Shown here one piece after another: positions 19,174-29,769 of a stretch of 64,000 bases of DNA. The translations under genes were made by a program, and so were the position numbers. The DNA is taken from the NCBI GenBank assembly GCA_963707985.1, contig CAVPRW010000006.1:32001-96000 (forward strand). Direction: 5' to 3'. Each line of letters opens with the position of its first letter. Positions within the stretch are counted from its first letter, which is position 1. The stretch is from an uncultured Nitrospinota bacterium (GTDB lineage: Bacteria; Tectomicrobia; Entotheonellia; J063; CAVPRW01). The notes beneath the pieces were generated by a model that was not told where the DNA came from, made no database searches, and saw nothing but the letters and a program-made list of their open reading frames with translations.

Positions 19174-19783
19174 TCAGGATTTGATCGCTGACGCACAGAA
19201 ATCCCTCCCGATGTCGACCACCTGCGCACCAGCGAATCCTGCCGTCGTGAGCACATCCGTCAGCTCCGCCTGGGGTTGCCCCGCATAGGGAGTAAACCCG
19301 AGCGCTACTCGGCCCCCGGGCTTCAGCACCCGCCAGATCTCACGTAGCCCAGCGACGGCGTCGGGCCAGACCTGCATCGCATTGATCGCCATGGCTTTGT
19401 CAAACATCTCAGGCGCGAACGGTAAAGCTTCGGCAGAGCCTCTCCGGAGCTCGACCTTGCCCCGTTGAATCGCCTCGACATTCCGTACCCTGGCCTGCTC
19501 GACGCATCTCCTCGGAGACATCCACACCCTCGACGTGTCCCGATGACACCACGGATGATAGCAGCTCAATGCCCACCCCTGGCCCAAAGCCAATCTCCAG
19601 GACGCGGTCGTGCGGCTGGACGTCGAGCAGGGCGACGGTCCGCCCGCCCAGGCTCCGGTTCATGCGGGCCATGATGATCCCCCCGAGCCGTCCCAACACG
19701 CCCTGTGGACGGCCAAACATCCGCAGCAGAATTCTGTCCACGAGGCTCACGGCCTGATCAGTCTCCCATGCTGTCGATGCCAT
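19174..19783 (-). CDS. Class I SAM-dependent methyltransferase (frameshift near 19500)
   Basis: VLEIGFGPGVG and GVDVSEEM, then GSAEALPF, RVLKPGG in a second frame. Confidence 0.85.
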
Positions 19784-19784
19784 C

Positions 19785-20171
19785 TTAGGAGGCGTTCTCG
19801 ATGACGACTTGCACCCATTCGGTGCCGCGCTCACGCATGCCGATGCGCTTGGCCGCTGCCTCCGAGAGGTCGATGATTCGACTCTTGCCGCCGCCATAAG
19901 GTCCACGGTCGTTGATTTTGACGACCACGTGCTGCTTCGTCCGCAGATTCGTGACCTTGACCTTCGTTCCTAAGGGTAAAGAACGATGTGCTGCCGTCAA
20001 CTGTCCCCGTGTGAAACGCTCCCCACTGGCCGTCTTTCGACCTTGATGCCGTTGCCCATACCAGGAGGCCAAGCCCACCTGTTTAGTCTGTGAAGGACCT
20101 CCGGAGGCCAAATCGGGTGGGGGCATAAGTAAGAGTCCGACGAGTCCCAGGATCACCAATAATGCTCGCAT
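19785..20171 (-). CDS. rlpA: RlpA-like (DPBB) lytic transglycosylase
   Basis: GLASWYG, TASGE, TAAHRSLPLGT, VKINDRGPY, RIIDLSEAAA. Confidence 0.9.
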   Translation of the reverse strand: MRALLVILGLVGLLLMPPPDLASGGPSQTKQVGLASWYGQRHQGRKTASGERFTRGQLTAAHRSLPLGTKVKVTNLRTKQHVVVKINDRGPYGGGKSRIIDLSEAAAKRIGMRERGTEWVQVVIENAS

Positions 20172-20435
20172 GACAGGCCCTCCAGGGGGACAGTGGATGG
20201 TGTCATGGAGCAACAGGTATGCCACCCAACTCATGAATGCCGAAAGCGGCGTCTAGAAGCCTTCTTCGTCGTTTCAGCGCAGGTTATTCAGGTCTTCGAG
20301 TCTCAGAATGACATGGCGAACCTGGATGATACCTGGCTCATTTTGAGAGCATCAGTCCATGAGGGAGGTGAATAGCAGGAGCACAGCCAACCGGAGTGAG
20401 CTGTTGGCCATGCATCAGCTCCTTCAACAATATGC

Positions 20436-20630
20436 CTAGCACATTGGTATCCAGGCCCCAGAGACCCGGCAAAAATCGGTCGTGGTTTCATCGATAATTG
20501 GCAACAGCATGCTCGTACCCGCGTCATTGAAGGCGTAATCGAGACGCCCGCAGGTATTCGGGGACTGCCTGAACAGGGCTGGGTCTTCCGCTTCCGCGGT
20601 GACATCGATCTTGACGGCGGTTGCGTTCAT
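20436..20630 (-). pseudogene. SDR fragment
   Basis: DVT.EA...GRLDYAFNDAG resembles the SDR GRLD.AFNNAG segment. Confidence 0.4.
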
Positions 20631-20890
20631 GATGATACCTTGCTTAGAAATGCTATGATGTGCGTCGACTCTTGGCCGTTTCGAGACAGGAAGTCGGGTG
20701 GTGCGTGCATGGTTTGAGGCAATGCTCCTCATCCCAAATGCGAGATTTGGGGAAGATGCCGCTTCCCTCCACCTCACCATTTCCGGTACATTCTGCGCCG
20801 GTCGCGCAGCACCAAGACGCGTGTCCCCGTGTGCCATGCCTCCCCAGAGGCGCATGGGAGACACGCACGTCGCCGTCAGAGGAGACCTCC

Positions 20891-21782
20891 ATGCGAATGA
20901 CCCCCCTACTCTGCATCATGGCCTTGGCCACCCTCATGTCGAGCTGTAGCAATCCCTCCACCCCGGCCGGCTATGTCGGCTACGTGGTGAAGGAACCCAT
21001 CGCCATCGGGCAGGATACGTTCATCACGACGCAGGATGGTCCGACCTCCACGGGACTCGGCTGGCGCCTGCGCGTGCTCAACGTCTCGGTCACCCCCTAT
21101 ACCTTTCGCGAACCGTTCTTCGAGCAGGAAAGTATCTTGAGCCAGGATAACTTGAAGGTGGGCTTCGAATTGAGCGTCACCTGGCGCATCCGGCGCTCAC
21201 AGGTCCGCGACTTCGTCGAACGCTTCACCACCCTGGGGCTGGGGGCCGATCCCGAGAAAATTATCCGCGTGGCCTATGACAATTACATCAAACAAGCCAT
21301 CCGGACCTTTGCCCGCGCCGAGGTCCAAAAATATGACGGCCTCCAGATCAAGAATAACATCGATACCATTGATACGGCGATTGCGGCACGGATGAACTCC
21401 ATGCTGGCGAGCACCCCGTTCGAGATTATCGCCGCCCTCGTCAGTGATATCCGCTATCCCGATGTGGTCGCGAACGGCCGTGGCGCAGAAGATTGCCGCC
21501 ACCCAGGTCCTGGACCAAAAGACGACGGAGATTCTGATCACCGTGAAGGAGGCGGAGAAGCGGGAGAAGGAAGCCGAAGGGGTCTCCCGCGCCATGGCCA
21601 TGATCAAGAGTCAGCTCACGCCGGAATATCTGCAATACGAAGCGATCAAGGCCCAACTCGGCATGGTCGCCAGCCCGAATCATACGGTGATGTATATCCC
21701 GGTGGGGCCGATGGGGGTCCCGCTCGTGGGCACCATCGATATGTCCAGGGTGCCGCCGAGCGCGCAAGTGAAGGCTCTATGA
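20891..21782 (+). CDS. SPFH/band-7 domain lipoprotein (frameshift near 21475)
   Basis: Lipobox-like MSSC, TPAGYVGY, ILSQDNL, coiled-coil EAEKREKEAEG, LTPEYLQYEAIKA. Confidence 0.8.
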
Positions 21783-21785
21783 GGT

Positions 21786-23213
21786 TCAGGATCGTTTCGG
21801 CAACAGCGTCGCGAGCGGCGAGCTGACGCGGCCGAACCAGGCGCCGCCGGCGACCGCTCCGGCGTTGATCAGGCCGAAGACGGCAAGGGCTGCGCCCTGG
21901 GCCAGGAACACATACGACAGGTCGCCACTCCAGCGCAGCGCCAACCAGCCGCCGCCCGCCGCGATTGCCAGCCGCGCCAGGTTCGCCAGCAGCGGCCACC
22001 ATAGCCGCCCTGTCCCCTGCGAAGCGAAGTAGAGGGCCATACCGAGCCCGAACAGACCGTAAAACGGACCGACCGCGTGTAGATAGCGCGTTCCGGCGTC
22101 GAGCATGGCGGGATCGGTATCGAACAGCGACAGCCAGGTGTGAGGAAAAGCCGCGGCATAGAGTCCGATACTTTCGGTGAGGGCGGCGGCGATGGCGGCA
22201 CCAATCCAAGCGGCATGCAAGGCGCGGCGGCGCTGTCCGGCACCGATGTTGGTCCCGACCAAGGCGACGAGCGGGCCGCCCAACCCAAAGACGAGGGGCA
22301 CCAGGAGGTATTCGAGGCGCGAGCCGGTGCCGTAGCCGGCAATCGCCGCCGGCCCGAACCGTCCGACGAGACCCGTGGCGATGACGATGGTGAGATTGGT
22401 CTGCACGGTGATCAGGGCTGCGACCGCGCCTACCCGCAGGATGTCGCTGAAGAGCGCCCAGCGAAAGGCCACATCATGGAAGGAAAGTCTGACGAGGCTT
22501 CGCCCCGACCGGAGATAGCCAGCGAGGACGGCGCTGCCAAAGGCATAGTACGCCACCACCGCCACGGCGCCACCGGCGACGCCGAGCCGTGGGAACGGCC
22601 CCCAACCAAAGATGAGACAGGGCGACAAGGGGATCAATACCGCGGCACCGACACACGTGACGATGGCCGGTACCATCATGTTACCGGCGCCACGGATCAC
22701 ATTGGCGAGTGAGTTGAAGATCCACAGCAGGATCACGCCGGAGAAGATGACGTTGGAGTAGGTCAGCGCCGTCGTGAGCGAAGCCCCTCTCCCGCCCAGA
22801 GCGCTGTACAGCCATCGGCCGCCGCCCAGCATGGCGAGCATGAAAAAGAGCCCAAAGATCACCGCGATGGCGAGCGCATGCAGTGCCAACGCATTGGCGT
22901 CGGCCCGGCGTCCGGCACCGAGCGCGCGGGCGACGGCGGACGAGATCCCACCGCCCATGGCGCCTGCCGACATCATCTGCATCAGCATCACCACGGGGAA
23001 GACCAGCGCGACCCCGGCAAGCGCATCGGTTCCGAGCCGGCTGATAAAATAGGTCTCGATCAGCCCGACCGAGGCCTGCACGACCATCACCAACACGTTC
23101 GGCGCCGCCAGCCGCAGCAGGGTGCCAGTGATCGGTGCCTCGAGCAACAGGCGGGTGCGCGGGTCGTACGTAGTTCCTGGTTCCAACGCAGTGACGCTCT
23201 CGCTTTGAGACAT
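21786..23213 (-). CDS. MATE family efflux transporter
   Basis: LLRLAAP, LGTDALAG, GGGISSAVARALGAG, VGTNIGAG; about 12 TM. Confidence 0.9.
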   Translation of the reverse strand: MSQSESVTALEPGTTYDPRTRLLLEAPITGTLLRLAAPNVLVMVVQASVGLIETYFISRLGTDALAGVALVFPVVMLMQMMSAGAMGGGISSAVARALGAGRRADANALALHALAIAVIFGLFFMLAMLGGGRWLYSALGGRGASLTTALTYSNVIFSGVILLWIFNSLANVIRGAGNMMVPAIVTCVGAAVLIPLSPCLIFGWGPFPRLGVAGGAVAVVAYYAFGSAVLAGYLRSGRSLVRLSFHDVAFRWALFSDILRVGAVAALITVQTNLTIVIATGLVGRFGPAAIAGYGTGSRLEYLLVPLVFGLGGPLVALVGTNIGAGQRRRALHAAWIGAAIAAALTESIGLYAAAFPHTWLSLFDTDPAMLDAGTRYLHAVGPFYGLFGLGMALYFASQGTGRLWWPLLANLARLAIAAGGGWLALRWSGDLSYVFLAQGAALAVFGLINAGAVAGGAWFGRVSSPLATLLPKRS

Positions 23214-23271
23214 AGGCGATCCTCAGCTCAACGGTTCGGTTGACATCCACGTCATAGACGCCCCATATTAA

Positions 23272-23307
23272 GTGTATATGCACATTTATATATAGGCGTA
23301 TATGCAC
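23272..23307. promoter_or_regulatory. Two near-palindromic boxes, probable MarR-family operators
   Basis: GTGTATATGCAC (23272-23283) and GCGTATATGCAC (23296-23307) lie between the divergent MATE and MarR-remnant genes. Confidence 0.6.
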
Positions 23308-23333
23308 CTTTGTCAAGGGGTGAGGAATCTGCG

Positions 23334-23450
23334 ATGCTTACGGAGACCCGACCGCAGCTGGAAGATGGCCATTGTCTGGCGGTGCGTCAAGAGGGACGGC
23401 ACATCACGCAATTCCATGGTCAGTTCCTAGCGTCGAGGCCCAAGCGATGA
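23334..23450 (+). pseudogene. MarR-family regulator N-terminal remnant
   Basis: MLTETRPQLEDGHCLAVRQEGRHITQFHGQFLA resembles C.CLA.RQAAR.ITQ.YD..L; GAGG RBS; truncated. Confidence 0.6.
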
Positions 23451-23544
23451 CAAGCGCCAATGTATGCAGGCTAGAGAAGACTGAGACCGCCGCGGTCGGC
23501 TGTGCGGTGGAGCAATTCAGCGGCAAAGGGCGTGGCAGATGAGG

Positions 23545-25554
23545 TTATTCCCCACCGAACTCCTCCATTAACTCCGCCACAAGATCGCCACGCCCGATGC
23601 TTTGCCACGCTTCCTTTGCGGCATCGACGTGCCGGCGGCGCTCGTCGTCCGCCGCGATCCGTCCGAGACGACGATGGACCCAACCGATGGAGTACGGCTC
23701 CGTGATGCGCTCGTACATGGCCAGCGCCGCTTCGTAGCACGTGCGGGCGGTGTCATGGTCGGAGCGTTGCAAGGGCGATGTCGCCAAGGCGGGAAAAACA
23801 CTGGGCGGTGAGATCAACGGCCCCTTGCGTTTGCGCGACCATCGCCGCCCGTTTGAGCGCAGCGGTGGTTCCCAGCCCGGTGAATCGGGCGAATTCGCCA
23901 AAGCTGAGAGCCGCTCTGATAGCCGTTTCGGCGGCGCGATTCGTCGAGCCCTCGCAGGATGGCGACCTCGATGTTGGCGGCTTCCGGCGTGAGGCGCGCG
24001 ATGGCTTCAGCCCCGCCTTCTCTCCCGGCTCTTTGCACCGAGCGACCTCGCCAGCCCCAGGTAGTGCGAGAGTGCTGGGAGCTGATCGTCCGGCGGCGGC
24101 GGGTACGCGCGCTGGACGTATTCGCGCAGCGGGGTCAGCAGGCGGAGACGGCGGTCTTGGTCGAAGGCCAGGCCGACCTGGCGCAAGATTGTCGCGGCGT
24201 TGGCCCCCTGGCTGGGAAAGACGGCATCGAGATCGCCATGCGCGACCCCGCCTGGCAGGAAACTGAGCAAGGAGAGTAATGCGCCGCGCTGCATCGGTCA
24301 TGCGCGGCCCCTGGATGGAGATTTCGTAGGAGACCTCGATATTCAGCAGCCGATGGGTGGCGCTGGCGCGCTGGAGCATGTTCGTCCGTTCGTCCTGCTA
24401 GCGCCTCCACGTGCCATCTAGGTCGGGTTGGCCCTCGGAGCGCCAGCCATGAGCATGATGGCGAGGGGCACTCCGTCGAGCACGAGTAATACTTGGTCGA
24501 GGAGGGGATCGGTGGCGAAGTGGTCTCCGGCAATGGCGAGAAAAACTTTCCGTGCATCGGGCAAGGGCAGGCTGGGTGGCTGGAGCGGCTGCCGCCACGG
24601 CACGCCCACCGGACGGCTGGCACCACGTAGCGAGGCGATCAGGGCAAGACCTGGCAGTGCGGCAAGCGCGGCGAAAAACTCTTCGACGCGGAGCGTGTCG
24701 GCTTCCCAGGGCGTCTCGGCGCTGTCGATGGCCAGAGCCGTCGGTGCCGACGCGAGCTCAGCCAATAGGGCCGGTTCGATCAGAGGCCCCAGGGGGAGGC
24801 CGAGGGCCGTGGCGATCTCGGCGGCGAGTGCTTCGCGTGTATGAAGGGCATCGCAGCGTACGAACACCCGGCGCGGGCGGCAGCAGAGCGGGACGAGCCG
24901 GCGCGAATGCTTCCGTTTGCGTCAGTTTGGACCCCGGCGAAGCATTGCAGCCAGGCTGTTGTGGTCCGGGCCGTAGCCGAGCACGAAGACGCGCTGTTCG
25001 GCAGGATGTTGGACTTGCAGGGAGGCGACGTCGCCGTCACGTGCGAGCCGAAAATGACGATACTCGGAACCGGCAAAGACCTTGGCGGACCACTGCAACA
25101 GGGCGCCATCTCTCCATGTCACCGCGGAGAGGCCGGTGACTTCCTCGATCAGGCCGTCATAGTTGGTCGTGGCCAGGATGACGCCGAGGTCCCGGAGCGC
25201 TTCGAGCACGTCGCGTTGCTGTGCCCTGAGCTCGCCGACGGTCTCGCGCAGCCAGCGGCGCCAGTCGCCGCCGTTGGGGGAGCCGAGCTTGGCAGAGGTC
25301 ACCTCGGCGGCGGCGAGCATGAGGTCGAGATCGCCGGCATCGATCTGCGCGTGAAGCAATTGCGCCATCGCGTCGGTGACACTCGTTGTAGGCAACTCGC
25401 GGCAATAGTCGACCCCATGATGCAGGAGACCCTGCCATGAGGCCACAGCATGGTTGTTCGTCGCACCGACCGACACACCGGCCCCAACAATGGCCACCAC
25501 CTGACCGGCCTCGATTTGCTGCTGGAGATCATCACAGAGAGAGGTGCCGGCCAT
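23545..25554 (-). pseudogene. SIR2-like + STAND ATPase + TPR protein, fragmented
   Basis: VAIVGAGVS..SW..LL and ATTNYD (SIR2_2); FVRCD, AIDSAETPW, LDGVPLAI.L.A (NB-ARC/NACHT-like); LGDIA, YEAALAMYERI..YSIGWVHRRLG (TPR); several frameshifts and apparent deletions. Confidence 0.75.
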
Positions 25555-25747
25555 CCGTCAGCTCCTTCTACCCAGTCTGCGACGCGTCGAGGTATTGCCT
25601 AACGAGGAAGCGGTTTTGTGGTACCCAACCGACACAACAACACTGTTGAATTATACAGTTGCGCCATCCCATTGGGAATTTTAAGACAACCCGATCTACT
25701 TGAGAAGCCTATTCACGAGATGGTTGGCGGACCTGGGATTCGCTGCC

Positions 25748-25816
25748 TTAGGTGGTAATTTTCCATTTGACAACGAGGCTGCAATCTACCACAAGACGCG
25801 CTAGGACTTGAGCCAT
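25748..25816 (-). pseudogene. Truncated PIN-domain (VapC-like) toxin start
   Basis: MAQVLARLVVDCSLVVKWKITT* resembles the VVDAS..VKW PIN N-terminus; overlaps the end of the upstream ORF. Confidence 0.55.
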
Positions 25817-26034
25817 GTATCGGGGTGCTCCTCCCGTTCCTGTTTGTCCTCCTCGATCATTTGATCCATTCCAACGTAGTGGGTAATACGGTTGGCTAAC
25901 ACTTGGGCAAATACGTCATCACGCCGGAACGAAGGTTCTAGGAGTCGTACCTCTACCTCAGCCCCATCAGGTAGCTGGGCTCCATCCTCCAGCACCACAA
26001 TGTTATCCTTCACGACGCCCTTGCAGGTAGTCAT
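25801..26034 (-). CDS. Putative antitoxin (small, beta-rich N-terminus)
   Basis: MTTCKGVVKDNIVVLEDGAQLPDGAEVEV; GGAGG RBS; overlaps the PIN-like start. Confidence 0.6.
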   Translation of the reverse strand: MTTCKGVVKDNIVVLEDGAQLPDGAEVEVRLLEPSFRRDDVFAQVLANRITHYVGMDQMIEEDKQEREEHPDTWLKS

Positions 26035-26093
26035 TGGACGAGTACCTCCGTCATCTCTGTCTTTGGATTTCTCACAGGATAGAGAATATATCA

Positions 26094-27468
26094 TCAAGCG
26101 AAGAGCCGGACCAATTCCGTCGCGTCTGTGGCCTCCTCCAGCCGCTGGATGAACTGTATGGCGCGCTCGACGACCTCTGCGGCAATGGGCCGCACCGCAT
26201 GGGCGGCGCAGTCGCGGAATTTGGCCTGAAGCTGGGCGTCGCTGAGGGGTTTTTGCGGAGAGCCAGACGGACTCGTCGTTTCCAGGGAGGCGGTGCGCCC
26301 ATCGGCACGCCGTACGGTGATCTGCGCCCAGGTCGGCGCCGCGTCTGCTCGAACCGCTCCCTGGATGCGGTCCGAGAGGGCCAATACTTGTGGATCGTCG
26401 ACTCCCGCCACCTCGCCGATGCCGACTCGGCCGCGCACCAATGCGGCTGCCACCAGGAAGGGGATGCTGAACTGCGCCTCCACCACCTGCGAGGGACGTC
26501 GCTTGCCAGCCTCAGGACTGAGCTGATCCTTGTAGGTTTGGGGATTCACCGTGATCACCACCTCGGCGATGCCGGCCCCTGCATCAGCGCGTCGCCAGGT
26601 CGAGTCGATGCGCGATCTCCAGGGCCACATCGAGCATGGCATGGTTGGGGCGTCCGGAGGGATAAGGCTTGAAGCTCAGCTCGACACCCCTGAAGATCTG
26701 ACCCAGGCCGTCCGTGATGGCGTCGAGGTCATAGCCGTCGGGCTGGTACATGGGGAAGAAGCCAAACCGGCCGGCGAACACCTGATGCGCCCCGGTAAAG
26801 CTCTCGCGGGCCAGCAAGGTCGACAGTACGGCGCCGCTAGCGGCTTGCCCGGCTTGAAAGCGTTTGGTCAGCGCGCCGTCGAGGATGCATTGCCGGCTCC
26901 CGGCGGCCTGGCTCAAGGCGATGCCAAACGCATTAACCATCTGCTCGACGTTCAGCCGCAGCAGTTTGCCGGCAGCGGCGGTGGCGCCGAAGATGCCGAA
27001 GGCGGCGGTGCGGTGCCAGCCGCGGTCGACGGTGGCGGCCAAGGCCAATCGACCGGCGACGTCCAAGCCTAGGGTCACGGCCAGGACAAGATCGCGGCCG
27101 GAGGCCCCGCCTTGCATCTCGGCGACGGCCAGGCTGGCGGCCAGCGTCGAGGTGCCAGGATGGATATTGCCGGCGCGATCGAACGTATCGTCGAAATCCA
27201 AGGCGTGGCCCATGGTGGCATTGACCAGAGCCGCCTGCGGCGCCGGCACTTTCCCCGCAAGCAGGATGAGGCTGCTCTCCTCTCGTCCACCCCAGTGCTT
27301 GGCCAGCCCGGCCACCTCGGCAACGCCCGGCGCGACGCTTCCCCCCAGCATCGCTCCCAGGGTGTCCAGGATATCGCGTTTGGTGGCGATCACCACCTCA
27401 TCCGGAAGATCGGTGTAGCTGGTGTGGCAGACATGCTCGGCTAACGTGAGAGCGGGATCGGCATGCAT
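26094..27468 (-). CDS. MmgE/PrpD family protein (frameshift near 26600)
   Basis: AALVNATMGHALDFDD, IHPG, GWH.T, FKPYP, AQFSIPF.VA.AL, G.P..PLS...L..KF. Confidence 0.85.
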
Positions 27469-27573
27469 AGCGGTCTCCATCAATATGGCGGACAAGTGGC
27501 GACCGTGCATACGCCCAGGAACATGCTGTCATCGATGTTCCGCCGGGTATATCTGCGGTGGCCGCCGCTATTC

Positions 27574-28666
27574 CTACGTGTAGAGGTGATTGAGCCAGGC
27601 ATAGCGCTGCCGATCGAGAGCTTTACCTTGGAGCCCCGGGAAGTCTGGGCCATAGCGATAGGCCCGGAAGACCAGGTTGACACGGCCGTAGCGCTCATCC
27701 TCACCGAAGAAGGGGTTGATGTATTGCCAGACGATTTCGCCCTCGTGGGTGACCTCGAAGAGCCGGCCCTTCATCCCCTCACAGATGAGCGTATTGCCAT
27801 TGGGCAGCCGCTGTGCACCGCTGATAAAGAAGCTGAAAAACTCCCACGGCGGCCGCGCCTCGTATTTCCAGACGATGGTGTTCGTTTTGGGGTCCACTTC
27901 AAGGACGCGCGACTGCATGCCCGGGTCGCACGGTATGAAAGCCATTATCGAAGAGGAGGATGTTACCATTCGGCAGGGGATTGGGGTCATGTTGATGGCC
28001 CAACTCGTCCCTACCCCATTTCCAGCGGAAGTCACCGCTCTGCTTGTCAATGATTCCAACCGTGTTTAGGTAGCGAAAACTGGTGAGCACGTTGCCATCG
28101 GGCAGGACCTCGCAGGTATTCGCATGCGTCCACTCCTGGCGCCGGTCGAGCGGGCAGATGGCATCGGCGTCGGGGTCGAGATGCTGATAGGCATGCCACT
28201 CCCAGACGACTTTTTTATCCGGCGTGACCTCATGGAAGTAATCGCTCCAGATGCCGCCCTCGTATTCGGTCCCCGGCGTGCCGCCTTTGACGCGCCGAGC
28301 CAGCTCTGTTGGAATCCGTTCCCAACCCAGCACCATGGTGTGGCCATTGGGCATGCGACAGAAATCATGATGCAGGGTTTCCTCCGCGTACTCCCACAGG
28401 ATGTGCCCATCCCAATCCATCTCCATGAGGATGCCACCCCTGCCGCCGAAGGCCACAGGTCCCTTGCCGGTTTGAAGGCCGATCAAGAGATGGCCATTGT
28501 CGAGCAGATAGCCGTAATCGCCGGGACGATGGGGCAGCTGCCAGCGGTGGACGATGGCGCCCTGCATATCGATCAGGTAGGCGTTGGTGTCCCGCATGGG
28601 TGCGAACAGCGTATAACCGCAAAAGGCTTTGTCCGGCTGATAGAACGTCAATCCAAGTGGTTTCAT
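27574..28666 (-). CDS. Aryl-sulfate sulfotransferase (ASST)-like beta-propeller (frameshift near 27930)
   Basis: GYTLFAP, HHDF, WTHAN, QHDP, LLFDNG, SRVLEVDP, ISGAQRLPNGNTLICEG. Confidence 0.85.
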
Positions 28667-28707
28667 GGGCCGTCCTCTCGGCGCAGGTGTGCGGCGTGTC
28701 GCGGGAG

Positions 28708-29478
28708 TTATAGCGCTGACTGCCCGCCATCCACGAGCAGGCAGGTGGCGGTCACAAATGAAGACTCATCCGAGGCCAGGAAGAGAATACAGTTGGCCAC
28801 CTCGCGTGGGGTCCCAGGACGTTTGAGCATCGTGTCGTACCCAAATTCGTCGAGGAATTGCTCTGCCGTCTTGCCCGCGGCGGCGGCTCGACGGGCATGA
28901 AACGCGTGAAAATCGGCCCTGGGCAGACGGCATTGACCCGGATATGCCTCTGCCGCATGGTCCAAGGCCATGCCACGCGTGAGTCCGGTGACGGCGGCTT
29001 TGGTGGCATCGTACTGCACCATGTTGCCCCCGGCGATGAAGGCCCGCTGTGAGGCAATGTTGACGATGCTACCGCCTCCTGTCCTACGCATCTCCGGGAT
29101 GGCCGCCTTGGCACAGAAGGCGTAGCCTTTTACGTTCACCCCGAGAATGGCGTCCCAGCTCTCCTCGCTGGCCTCGACGACCGTCTGATAGAGGCGCATG
29201 CCGGCATTGTTCACCAGAATATCCAGGCGGCCAAACTGCTCCACCGTGCGACGGATAAGATTGATGGCATCGGCTTCGCGCTCCATGTGCGCCTCGACGA
29301 AGATCACCTCGGCCCCGGCGGCTTTGATCTCGTCCGCCACCAGACAGCCGCGCTCGCCGTCCATATCGGCGATGGCGACGCGTGCCCCTTCCTCAGCGAA
29401 CAACCGCGCCGTCGCCTCCCCAATCCCGGATGCCCCACCGGTGATGGCTGCGACTTTGCCGTCCAAACGTCCCATCAT
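28708..29478 (-). CDS. Short-chain dehydrogenase/reductase (compensating frameshifts around 28905-28945)
   Basis: TGGASGIG, NNAG, YDATK; IRVNAVCPGPI appears in an alternative frame. Confidence 0.85.
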   Translation of the reverse strand: MMGRLDGKVAAITGGASGIGEATARLFAEEGARVAIADMDGERGCLVADEIKAAGAEVIFVEAHMEREADAINLIRRTVEQFGRLDILVNNAGMRLYQTVVEASEESWDAILGVNVKGYAFCAKAAIPEMRRTGGGSIVNIASQRAFIAGGNMVQYDATKAAVTGLTRGMALDHAAEAYPGQCRLPRADFHAFHARRAAAAGKTAEQFLDEFGYDTMLKRPGTPREVANCILFLASDESSFVTATCLLVDGGQSAL

Positions 29479-29769
29479 GCGCCTCCTGCCTCTTGCCCTC
29501 AAGGCAATGGTTACCGCTTGCGATCATGACGACGTGTGAGCTTGCCCATCATGCAATGACCGACGGTACACATTCGACCATCATAGCGATGTTATCATAC
29601 CGCACAATAGGCACAGGCGATACGGACAAATATAGCGCTGGCGAAGACGCTTCCAAACCTATCCCCAACCGGGCACGTACGGTGTCCGCATAGGGCGCCG
29701 GACAGGAATTGTCCACTGCGGCTTCCGATCAGCGGACTGGGCTCCGCTGATCGGACTCTCTCGGAGGCG

